DNA of 64,000 nucleotides, from NCBI GenBank assembly GCA_964521165.1, contig CAZFRA010000001.1, positions 60,822 to 124,821 on the forward strand, given 5' to 3'. Numbering within the stretch: the stretch's first letter is position 1; the number at the start of each line of letters is the position of its first letter. Of the stretch, positions 56,678 to 64,000 are shown piece by piece. The notes under the pieces were generated by a model. That model searched no databases and was not told where the DNA came from. It saw only the letters and a list, made by a program, of their open reading frames with translations. This DNA comes from an uncultured Lachnospiraceae bacterium. GTDB lineage: Bacteria > Bacillota > Clostridia > Christensenellales > UBA1242. Made by a program: the position numbers and the translations under genes.

Positions 56678-58106
56678 AACCCTCTCCTTTACTTTCAATG
56701 AAATCGGCAACATTATAAAGCACTCCTTCGTTCAAACTGTCGGCAATAATTTGCAGCCCGAGTGGCAACCCGCTCTTTCCTTTGCCAAAAGGTATGGACA
56801 TTGCTGGAACACCTAATATGTTTGCTATAATGGTAAATAAGTCTTCTTTATACATCGCCACAGGATCGCCACTTTTCTCGCCAAGTTTAAATGCTTCGCC
56901 AGCTGTGGTTGGCATCACAATAACATCGCATTTTTTGAACACTTCTCTGCTTTCTGCTATAAGTTTTTGTTGAAGTTTCTTCGCTTTGTTGTAATACGCA
57001 TCAAAATATCCAGAACTCAGCACAAAGTTACCGAGCATAATTCTTCGTTTAACTTCCTTTCCAAAACCTTCCGAACGGCTTTTAGAATATATTTCATCCA
57101 CATCCTTGGCATCTGGGCTTCGACGAGAATATTTTACGCCGTCAAACCTGCCAAGGTTACTGGTCGCTTCCGCTGGGGCGATGATGTAGTAACACGGCAA
57201 AGAAAGTTTGAAGTTAGGAATGGAAACGGAAACAAGTGTGGCACCGTTATCTTTCAAAAATTTAAGTGCGTTTTTGTAACTCTCTTCCACTTCGAGTCCA
57301 GCAACTGCTTCTTCTGCTTCTTTCAAAACGCCAACTCTAAGCCCTTTAATATCACCTTTAATGAAGGAAAGATAGTTTGGAACTTTTTCGTTTAAAGATG
57401 TTTCGTCGTGCTCGCTTTTTCCCGCCAAAATTTCCAACATATATGCGTTGTCTTTGACATTTTTGGTTATCGGTCCAACTTGTTCAATTGAACTTGCGAA
57501 AGCGATAATGCCGTATCTGGAAACTCTACCATAAGTTGGCTTAATTCCAACCACACCGTTATATGAACTCGGCTGTCTGATTGAACCCCCTGTGTCTGTT
57601 CCAAGAGCAACAGGAGTAAGTCCGGCACCAACTGCACTTGCAGAACCACCGCTGGAACCGCCCGGCACACGCGTTGGGTCAAGTGCATTTTTGGTTATAC
57701 CAAAATATGACGTCTCGGTCGAAGAACCCATTGCAAATTCGTCCATATTCGCCCGAGCAAAAATAACAGCACCTTCATCCAACATTTTTTGCACGACGGT
57801 GGAGTTATATTGCGCGACATAGTTTTCCAAAAATCTTGAACCGCAACACGCTTTTTTGCCTTTATATAATATGTTGTCCTTAATGATAACTGGCACACCT
57901 GCGAGTTTCCCTTTGAAACCTTTTTTAATTTTTTCATCCATTATTTTCGCATTTTCAAGCGCATCATCAAAAATTTCCAAAACAGCATTTAAGTCTGCGT
58001 GTTTTTTACATTGTTCAATATAAAATTTGGTTGCTTCAACAGAAGAAATTTTTTGTTCAGCAATCGCGTCTTTAAGGCTAATAAGTGATAATTCGTCAAT
58101 CTTCAT
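56664..58106 (-). CDS. gatA: Asp/Glu-tRNA amidotransferase subunit A
   Basis: 480 aa with the amidase signature GGSSGGSASAV and an AAGGAGGAG SD. Confidence 0.9.
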   Translation of the reverse strand: MKIDELSLISLKDAIAEQKISSVEATKFYIEQCKKHADLNAVLEIFDDALENAKIMDEKIKKGFKGKLAGVPVIIKDNILYKGKKACCGSRFLENYVAQYNSTVVQKMLDEGAVIFARANMDEFAMGSSTETSYFGITKNALDPTRVPGGSSGGSASAVGAGLTPVALGTDTGGSIRQPSSYNGVVGIKPTYGRVSRYGIIAFASSIEQVGPITKNVKDNAYMLEILAGKSEHDETSLNEKVPNYLSFIKGDIKGLRVGVLKEAEEAVAGLEVEESYKNALKFLKDNGATLVSVSIPNFKLSLPCYYIIAPAEATSNLGRFDGVKYSRRSPDAKDVDEIYSKSRSEGFGKEVKRRIMLGNFVLSSGYFDAYYNKAKKLQQKLIAESREVFKKCDVIVMPTTAGEAFKLGEKSGDPVAMYKEDLFTIIANILGVPAMSIPFGKGKSGLPLGLQIIADSLNEGVLYNVADFIESKGEGYARV

Positions 58107-58116
58107 AACTCCTCCT

Positions 58117-58410
58117 TTAATCCAACATTTTAGGCACGCAGAAGGAGCCTTTTTTTGTTTTTGAACTATTTAATAAAATTTCTTCTTGCGATAAACTTTC
58201 TTTTGCCACATCTTCGCGACAATCGTCAAGTTTGTGAGATGTGTATTCTAATTGCGCAGAGCCAATATCGCAATTTTTTACTTCGTCGACAAGTTCCAAA
58301 ATTTGTTCAAACTCTGGCACGAAAGATGAAAGTTCTTCATCTGTAAATTCAAGCGCAGACAAATTGGCAAGCCTTTTAACTTCGTCGAGTGTTATTTTTG
58401 TTTTACTCAT
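58117..58410 (-). CDS. gatC: Asp/Glu-tRNA amidotransferase subunit C
   Basis: 97 aa, LANLSALEFTDEEL. Positioned directly before gatA. Confidence 0.85.
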   Translation of the reverse strand: MSKTKITLDEVKRLANLSALEFTDEELSSFVPEFEQILELVDEVKNCDIGSAQLEYTSHKLDDCREDVAKESLSQEEILLNSSKTKKGSFCVPKMLD

Positions 58411-58478
58411 TTTTCTCTCCTTTTGCGAAGTTTTCGCATTTATTTTGATATTTACAAATTTATTGTGTTTCTTTCAAA

Positions 58479-59780
58479 TTATGGATTAAGTCGATCTGGA
58501 CCACGGAAGACAAACATTGCTTCTTTTATGGTTGGAATATCAAGCATAATCATTGTCAATCGGTCAAGTCCTAAACCAAAACCGCCGTGTGGTGGACAAC
58601 CATATTTAAAGAAATTGATATAGTTTTCTTCCATTGTCTTTGGGTCAATTCCTTTGCTGGCAATTTGTTTTGCCAAAACATCTGGTCGATGTTCTCTCAT
58701 TGCACCACTTGTGATTTCAATATCCTTATAATATAAGTCATAGGTTTCACTATACTCCGGTTCATCTTTTTTGTGCATTGAATAGAATGGACGAACATCG
58801 GAAGGATAGTCTTTAACAAAGAAGAATTGGTGATTGTTTTTCTTCATCATATAAGCAGAAAGCAAGTTTTCCGCTTCGGTGTCAAGGTCAGCACCTTCAT
58901 CGAGCGGATAGTCGAGTTCTTCTTCTAAAACTTTATATACTTCCTTCATTGTTATTCTTGGAAAAGGCAAAGTTGGAACAACCACATCAACACCTAAAAG
59001 TTCTTTGATTTTCTCGCCGTATTTTTCACTCACTTCTTTGAGCCCCGCGTGGATAAGTTCTTCTTCCATTTTCATCACATCTTCAACAGATGAAATATTG
59101 GCAAATTCAATATCAAACCCAGAAAATTCGGTGGCGTGCTTACGCGTAAAGGATTTTTCTGCACGGAAAATTGGTGAGATAATAAACACTTTTTCAAACC
59201 CAGCTGCAATTGCCATTTGTTTATAGAATTGCGGACTTTGGATAAGATATGCTTTTTTGTCAAAATATTTAACTTCAAACACACCCGAACCGCTTTCACT
59301 TTCGTTTTTGATTGTTGTTGGACAATGCACTTCAATAAAGCCATTTTCAATGCAATAATTTCTCATACCCTGCGTAAGAGCAGTTTGTGCTTCGAAAATC
59401 AACCGCTTTTTCGGGTCTCTCAAATCAATCCAACGATAGTCAAGGCGTTGGTCAATAGAACTTTTTTCGTCGATTGGTGAAATATCTGCTTGCGACAACA
59501 CTTCCAAACTGTCTGGAATAAGTTCCTTTTTGCCAAGTTTAACATATTCATTTGGCACAATTGTTCCTTTAACTTTCACATAGAAATCCTGCGTAAAGTG
59601 CGAAACAACTTCGGCAATTTCCGGTTTAGCCGCCTTTTCAATTGTCATTTGAAGCATTCCACTTCTGTCGCGTAAAATAACGAATTGCATACTTTTTTGG
59701 TCACGGACTTTTTCAATCCACGCCCAAACTTCCACTTTACCTTCACTGTTTTTAAGTTCACTTCTTTTATACTCTTCCAT
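58479..59780 (-). CDS. aspS: Aspartate--tRNA ligase, archaeal/eukaryal type (AspRS2), probably non-discriminating
   Basis: 433 aa. QSPQFYKQ (Asp-type rather than the QSGQ of AsnRS), FRAEKSFTRKHATEFSGFDIE, PHGGFGLGLDRL, C-terminal RLNP. Lies in an operon with gatCAB. Confidence 0.8.
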   Translation of the reverse strand: MEEYKRSELKNSEGKVEVWAWIEKVRDQKSMQFVILRDRSGMLQMTIEKAAKPEIAEVVSHFTQDFYVKVKGTIVPNEYVKLGKKELIPDSLEVLSQADISPIDEKSSIDQRLDYRWIDLRDPKKRLIFEAQTALTQGMRNYCIENGFIEVHCPTTIKNESESGSGVFEVKYFDKKAYLIQSPQFYKQMAIAAGFEKVFIISPIFRAEKSFTRKHATEFSGFDIEFANISSVEDVMKMEEELIHAGLKEVSEKYGEKIKELLGVDVVVPTLPFPRITMKEVYKVLEEELDYPLDEGADLDTEAENLLSAYMMKKNNHQFFFVKDYPSDVRPFYSMHKKDEPEYSETYDLYYKDIEITSGAMREHRPDVLAKQIASKGIDPKTMEENYINFFKYGCPPHGGFGLGLDRLTMIMLDIPTIKEAMFVFRGPDRLNP

Positions 59781-59808
59781 ATTTTTCTCCTTTTTTCTTT
59801 ATATAAAC

Positions 59809-60063
59809 AAAAAAGTCACTCGTCTTAACACTCGACTTTTTGTCAACAGTGTTAGGACGAATGACTCGCGGTGCCACCTAACTTGCAGTTAAACTGCCTC
59901 TCGAATTTGCTGTAACGGGCAATCCCGGTTTTCCCTACTAAAAAAATTTTTCGAAAAAACTGCTCTTGAGTGTTCTTTCACATACTTTTGATGATAAACT
60001 TTCAGCCAAACGGTTTATCTCTCTGAAAATCAAGGGAATATGTTACTTTTCTCCGTCATCGCA
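59809..60063 (-). promoter_or_regulatory. T-box riboswitch, apparent specifier AAC (Asn)
   Basis: Minus strand: TGCGATGA K-turn, AGTA, AGAGA box, specifier loop GAAAG-AAC-A (AAC at 59974-59972), T-box GTTAGGTGGCACCGCGAG (59884-59865), and a long terminator stem followed by T6 ending at 59809. Confidence 0.8.
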
Positions 60064-60076
60064 TTTTTATGTTTTC

Positions 60077-60105
60077 ATTATAAGCGTTTTTTTTAAAGTT
60101 GTCAA
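60077..60105 (-). promoter_or_regulatory. Consensus promoter of the aspS-gatCAB leader
   Basis: Minus strand: TTGACA (60105-60100), a 17-nt spacer, then TATAAT (60082-60077). Confidence 0.7.
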
Positions 60106-60245
60106 TAAAATTTGCAACTTTTTTCATTTTATCACCTTTTTGAAGGTAGACTTTTTCACACTTTTGCTTTAAAGCGTGCGATAATTTTGAATAAAATTGT
60201 CAAAATGTTGTTTTATTTTCTCAAATTTGTTATAATAAAAGCGCT

Positions 60246-61028
60246 ATGATTAACATTGTGTGGTATGGAACGGCAACAATTCTTATTGATATAAACGGTG
60301 AAAAATTGTTGTTCGACCCATTTTTTAGGCTGAATAAAAAATTGGAACGTCCTGACTTGAAAGAATTTTGTCAAGTAGATTATCTTTTTAACACCCACTC
60401 ACATTTTGACCACCTTCACGATATACCACTCATTTTAAAAAACTCCAACGCAAACATATACGGCACACCGATAACCTTTCTCCGTTTGGAAACGCAAGGT
60501 GTGGATGTGGAAAACAGAGTACGAATTTTTTATAAAAACACCGTTTTGGAAACTCCAAACGCCACTATTAGAGCACATAAAAGTCAGCATATATCCAACG
60601 ATTTGGGAATTGTTTTGCTCACGGTGATGAAAATTTTGTTTACCTTTCAAATACATAAAGCCTACAAACTTTTTAAAATACATCACAACTATCTTATGGG
60701 CAATGAAATTTATGCTTACGAAATCAATACGCAAGGTAAAACCATTCTTCTTTTTGGTTCTGCCGGCGTCGACAAAAAAGCCAAACTTCCAAAAAAGGTT
60801 GATGTTCTGATTTGGCCATTTCAAGGTCGAACAAATATGATTAAATATTCTTTGCCACTTATCGAAAAAATTAACCCAAAAGTCATCATCTTGGACCACT
60901 TCGACGACGCTTTTCCGCCGGTCACCGGCAAAGTCAACACCGACAAATTTGTGAAGGTTATGGCTAAAAAACATCCTGAAATTAAAGTTATCGTTCCAAA
61001 ATATAAGGAAAAAATTGAAATTATATAG
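60246..61028 (+). CDS. MBL-fold metallo-hydrolase
   Basis: 260 aa with the HxHxDH motif NTHSHFDHLHD. No SD. TGTTATAAT ends 9 nt before the ATG. Confidence 0.75.
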   Translation: MINIVWYGTATILIDINGEKLLFDPFFRLNKKLERPDLKEFCQVDYLFNTHSHFDHLHDIPLILKNSNANIYGTPITFLRLETQGVDVENRVRIFYKNTVLETPNATIRAHKSQHISNDLGIVLLTVMKILFTFQIHKAYKLFKIHHNYLMGNEIYAYEINTQGKTILLFGSAGVDKKAKLPKKVDVLIWPFQGRTNMIKYSLPLIEKINPKVIILDHFDDAFPPVTGKVNTDKFVKVMAKKHPEIKVIVPKYKEKIEII

Positions 61029-61068
61029 TATATAAGAACAAACACTTAAAAACACAAAAAATTTAACA

Positions 61069-61096
61069 AAAACTCTCTAGAAAATTAGAGAGTTTT
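61069..61096. terminator. Bidirectional terminator (MBL gene / recF)
   Basis: AAAACTCTCTA-gaaaat-TAGAGAGTTTT. Confidence 0.7.
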
Positions 61097-61135
61097 AATA
61101 AACTTTTCACTTTGTTTTTTCAATATTAAAATTTA

Positions 61136-62224
61136 TTAAGTTTTAGATGTAAGGTGCCCATTAACAATTTCAAAAATTTTGCCAGCAATTTTTTTCTCGT
61201 CGGTGCAAGTTATAAAAGTTTGTGTTCGATCGACAAACTTCAAAAGACGCTTTTGACGGTCACTGTCCAATTCGCTGAAGACATCGTCGAGCATAAGAAT
61301 TGGATATTCGCCTGTGATTGCATTAATGTTTTCAAGTTCAGCGAGTTTCAAAGAAAGCGCCACCGTGCGTTGTTGACCTTGCGAGCCGAAAGTTTTGACT
61401 TCAACGCCGTTTAAGAAAATGTCAATATCATCGCGGTGCACACCAATTGTGGTATAGCCAAAGCGAAAATCTTTTTCAAGATTTTTCTTTAAGAGTTTAT
61501 CCATATTTTCTTCAAACTTTTCGTTCAATGCAACACCGCAACCAGAAATATATTTAAGTTCAATTTTTTCCTTGCCGCCTGAAAGATAGGACTGTGCCTT
61601 TTCGGTGTATGGTGAGATATTTTCCACAAATTTTGCTCTTTCAAAAGCAATCTTTTTTGCTGTTTGAACAAGCGCTCTATCCCAGATATCGATCGTGTCT
61701 TTGACATAATCAAAATTATCGCTATTCTTCAAAAGTTTATTGCGGTTCGCCAAAATTTTATCATAGCGCGAGAGAAGATAAAAATATCTTTTGTTGGTTT
61801 GAGAAATATCAATATCCATAAATTTGCGACGCTCTTCAGGACTATCTTTAACAAGTTTGAGTTCGTTAGGTGAAAAGAAAACAACATTTATCTCGCCAAT
61901 CAGGTCGCCAATTTTTTTAATAGGAAGAGAATCAATAATCACCGTTTTTTTATGGCTTTTGGAAAGTTTTATTTCCACTTTAAGTTCACGAAATTTACGC
62001 TTGGCAACAAGTCCAATATAGCCGTTATCACAATTCCATTTAATAATATCTTTATCCTTAATTGACTTAAAACTTTTTCCTATGCAACAATAAAAAACAC
62101 TTTCCAGCAAATTTGTTTTTCCTTGCGCGTTTTTACCTATGAAAACATTGATTTTTTCACTGAAATTAACATTTAATGATTCATAATTACGAAAATCTTT
62201 AAGTTGTAGAGTTTTTATTATCAT
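61136..62224 (-). CDS. recF: DNA replication and repair protein RecF
   Basis: 362 aa. LQLKDFRNYESLNVNF, Walker A GKNAQGKTNLLES, signature SQGQQRT, Walker B ILMLDDVFSELD. Confidence 0.9.
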   Translation of the reverse strand: MIIKTLQLKDFRNYESLNVNFSEKINVFIGKNAQGKTNLLESVFYCCIGKSFKSIKDKDIIKWNCDNGYIGLVAKRKFRELKVEIKLSKSHKKTVIIDSLPIKKIGDLIGEINVVFFSPNELKLVKDSPEERRKFMDIDISQTNKRYFYLLSRYDKILANRNKLLKNSDNFDYVKDTIDIWDRALVQTAKKIAFERAKFVENISPYTEKAQSYLSGGKEKIELKYISGCGVALNEKFEENMDKLLKKNLEKDFRFGYTTIGVHRDDIDIFLNGVEVKTFGSQGQQRTVALSLKLAELENINAITGEYPILMLDDVFSELDSDRQKRLLKFVDRTQTFITCTDEKKIAGKIFEIVNGHLTSKT

Positions 62225-62269
62225 CCTATATATTATATCACAAAATTGGTGGAATAAAAAGATTTTTCA

Positions 62270-63514
62270 TCAAATTAAATTCTTTTTATCTTCGACATAC
62301 AAACTTTCAACAATTTGAGAAATTTCATTCTTAACTTCTTCAACGCTATGAATGTCGTTTTCCTCAGGCTCATCACTTGTTGAGTCTATAAGAGAAAAGA
62401 CCAACTTCACAGCGTTATGGTCAGAATATAAAAATTCAACATCTTCTTCGCCCACTGTGACAATGTTATCCACTGATACCACATCAACATTAGATGATAC
62501 GATAAAACCGTCAATAACAACTGTGTAGTTCACACCCTTTGTGTATGGCATTTCAGCAGCGCGACAAGTTGGATTATCTTTCGAAGACGCAAATTTAAAA
62601 TTGTCTGGAAGGTCATCTTCAGTTATTTGTTGCACCCAAGAAGGAACTTGCTGTTGACTGTCAAAAGCAGTAAGACTGTCGGCAATATCGTGATTCCAAT
62701 CTCCACCAGCAATAACATAGTTGCCGTTATTATATTCATACGACATCAAATTGAAAAGCATTTCCAGTTGCTGTGCACGGATAACGCCACCTTCGTCATA
62801 AGCACTCATATGCAAATTTATCAAAACAAGTTGTTTGTCAGTTCCTTCAATGTTAAGTCTGTTGACAACAAAACATCTATCCAAATCGAAAAATTTGTTA
62901 ATAAAACTTTCGTCAACTGGAAAAGACCTGCGCACACTGCTTTCAATTTTGTATTTCGACAGCGTAACAATTCCCGATTGTATTGAACCGATTGGATCGT
63001 TGAAAGGATAGAATAAATACACCGAATGGAAGTTGGAAGCATAAGTGGACGAATAGCCTTCAAACGCTTCTTGAATCATTTCGTATTGATTTACAAAATA
63101 ACTTCGATCGGAAGCGGTGTCAACTTCTTGGAAGAAAGCAAAGTCGACGTCCAAACTTTGCATAATGGAAATGGCACCGTTGGTGTTTTCTAAAACAACT
63201 TCCTTACTCTCCGCCTTTGCTCGCGTGCCGTAAACTTCGGTGCCGTCTTCCATAACACCGCTATCCATAAAGAAGTCAAAATCGCGATTATAAGCACCAA
63301 AACCAATATTATATGTGGCAACACTATATTGCGTATTCAACTCAAGTATGTCCTCTTGGTTGTCGTTTATCTCCAATGTTGTATAGTCCGCTATGCGATA
63401 ATAATTCGCCGAAAGATAAGCGACATACCCTAAAACGATTGTTACAAGAAGAAGGATAATCAAAAGTATGGATAAACAGGCAACCTTCAACCCCTTTTTT
63501 GCTTTTGTGTTCAT
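62270..63514 (-). CDS. Membrane-anchored endonuclease/exonuclease/phosphatase (EEP) family protein
   Basis: 414 aa with an AAGGAGGA SD and an N-terminal TM helix. FFQEVD, GGDWNHD and a C-terminal SDHNAV motif. Confidence 0.75.
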   Translation of the reverse strand: MNTKAKKGLKVACLSILLIILLLVTIVLGYVAYLSANYYRIADYTTLEINDNQEDILELNTQYSVATYNIGFGAYNRDFDFFMDSGVMEDGTEVYGTRAKAESKEVVLENTNGAISIMQSLDVDFAFFQEVDTASDRSYFVNQYEMIQEAFEGYSSTYASNFHSVYLFYPFNDPIGSIQSGIVTLSKYKIESSVRRSFPVDESFINKFFDLDRCFVVNRLNIEGTDKQLVLINLHMSAYDEGGVIRAQQLEMLFNLMSYEYNNGNYVIAGGDWNHDIADSLTAFDSQQQVPSWVQQITEDDLPDNFKFASSKDNPTCRAAEMPYTKGVNYTVVIDGFIVSSNVDVVSVDNIVTVGEEDVEFLYSDHNAVKLVFSLIDSTSDEPEENDIHSVEEVKNEISQIVESLYVEDKKNLI

Positions 63515-63576
63515 AATTCCTCCTTAAAAATATCTAAACTTTTTCAAAAGATTGATTTCGTCGAATTTAGTTCTAA

Positions 63577-64000
63577 TCAAAAACGGCCACCACCGCCACC
63601 GCCGGAACCGCCGCCTGAGAAGCCGCCACGACCGCCACCGATATGCATAATCCCGAGTGCACCAACAGCGCGTGCTGTCGTTGAAATGAAATGTCGAACA
63701 ATTGTGGTATTAAGCACCAGCGTTAAGGCTAACAAATTTTTGTCGAGAAGCATTAAGATGGCAAATATTTTCATTCCGTCACTGAATTTCATCCAATTTG
63801 GATTTTGAAGTGGCACTTCGGAGAATTTCTTGAGATAAACATCAGAAACGTCAAGCACATAAGCATAAGGTAAAACGTGGTAAAAAAGTTCAGGATTTTC
63901 GTTTGCAAGTGCTTCCAAACGGTCTTTTTCTGCCACCAAAATATATTGTCTTAAACCGTTGAGTTTCCCTAAACACTTGCGACCATATTCGGTGTATTGC
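63577..64000 (-). CDS. C-terminal part of a DUF2207-like membrane protein (gene continues beyond the window)
   Basis: The frame is open from 63577 to nt 64000 in my own translation (..QYTEYGRKCLGKLNGLRQYILVAEKDRLEAL..). The track's TTG start at 63939 is an artefact. Gly-rich tail GGGRGGFSGGGSGGGGGGRF. Confidence 0.6.
   Translation of the reverse strand, partial: QYTEYGRKCLGKLNGLRQYILVAEKDRLEALANENPELFYHVLPYAYVLDVSDVYLKKFSEVPLQNPNWMKFSDGMKIFAILMLLDKNLLALTLVLNTTIVRHFISTTARAVGALGIMHIGGGRGGFSGGGSGGGGGGRF

Noticed and set aside
58479-59780. Calling this gene asnS because its T-box specifier looks like Asn
   Set aside because: The active-site motifs are Asp-type (QSPQFYKQ, TEFSGFD). Linkage to gatCAB fits a non-discriminating AspRS feeding the transamidation route.
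59966-60172. 68-aa plus-strand ORF upstream of aspS
   Set aside because: It is antisense to the second T-box leader and its consensus promoter.

Overview
This is an AT-rich bacterial chromosomal window. It looks Bacillota/Mycoplasmatota-like: GGAGG-type Shine-Dalgarno sites, several perfect TTGACA-17-TATAAT promoters, two T-box riboswitches, and TGA used as a stop codon. I call 49 CDS (43 on the minus strand) and one tRNA-Ala. The ORF track uses the longest ATG/GTG/TTG ORF and omits ORFs that lack a stop inside the window, so I re-trimmed several starts and added two edge-truncated genes by hand. Housekeeping content is dut, nrdDG, cls, an ABC-F ATPase, an SDR, glyQS, a reduced dcw-like cluster (rsmH, class B PBP), glf plus two glycosyltransferases, MarR plus a MacB-type ABC exporter, aspS-gatCAB and recF. 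The main hit is at the left edge (1-5781). It is a tightly packed seven-gene minus-strand operon encoding two ESCRT-III (Snf7/CHMP)-like proteins and a Vps4/CdvC-type MIT-AAA ATPase. The same operon encodes a YdjI-like SPFH protein with a double zinc ribbon, a membrane-anchored helical protein, and two TPR proteins, one of at least 588 aa that runs off the window. Other items worth a second look: a 13-kb gene for a 4334-aa N-anchored surface protein that appears co-transcribed with cls; an orphan type IV coupling protein; a 62-aa Cys/Gly-rich hydrophobic peptide with an internal duplication; a T-box with an apparent Asn specifier ahead of an archaeal-type aspS-gatCAB operon; a dcw-like cluster in which mraZ is replaced by a 972-aa acidic membrane protein; and several tandem repeats. 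All family assignments come from reading motifs by eye and from remembered reference sequences. No database search was run.
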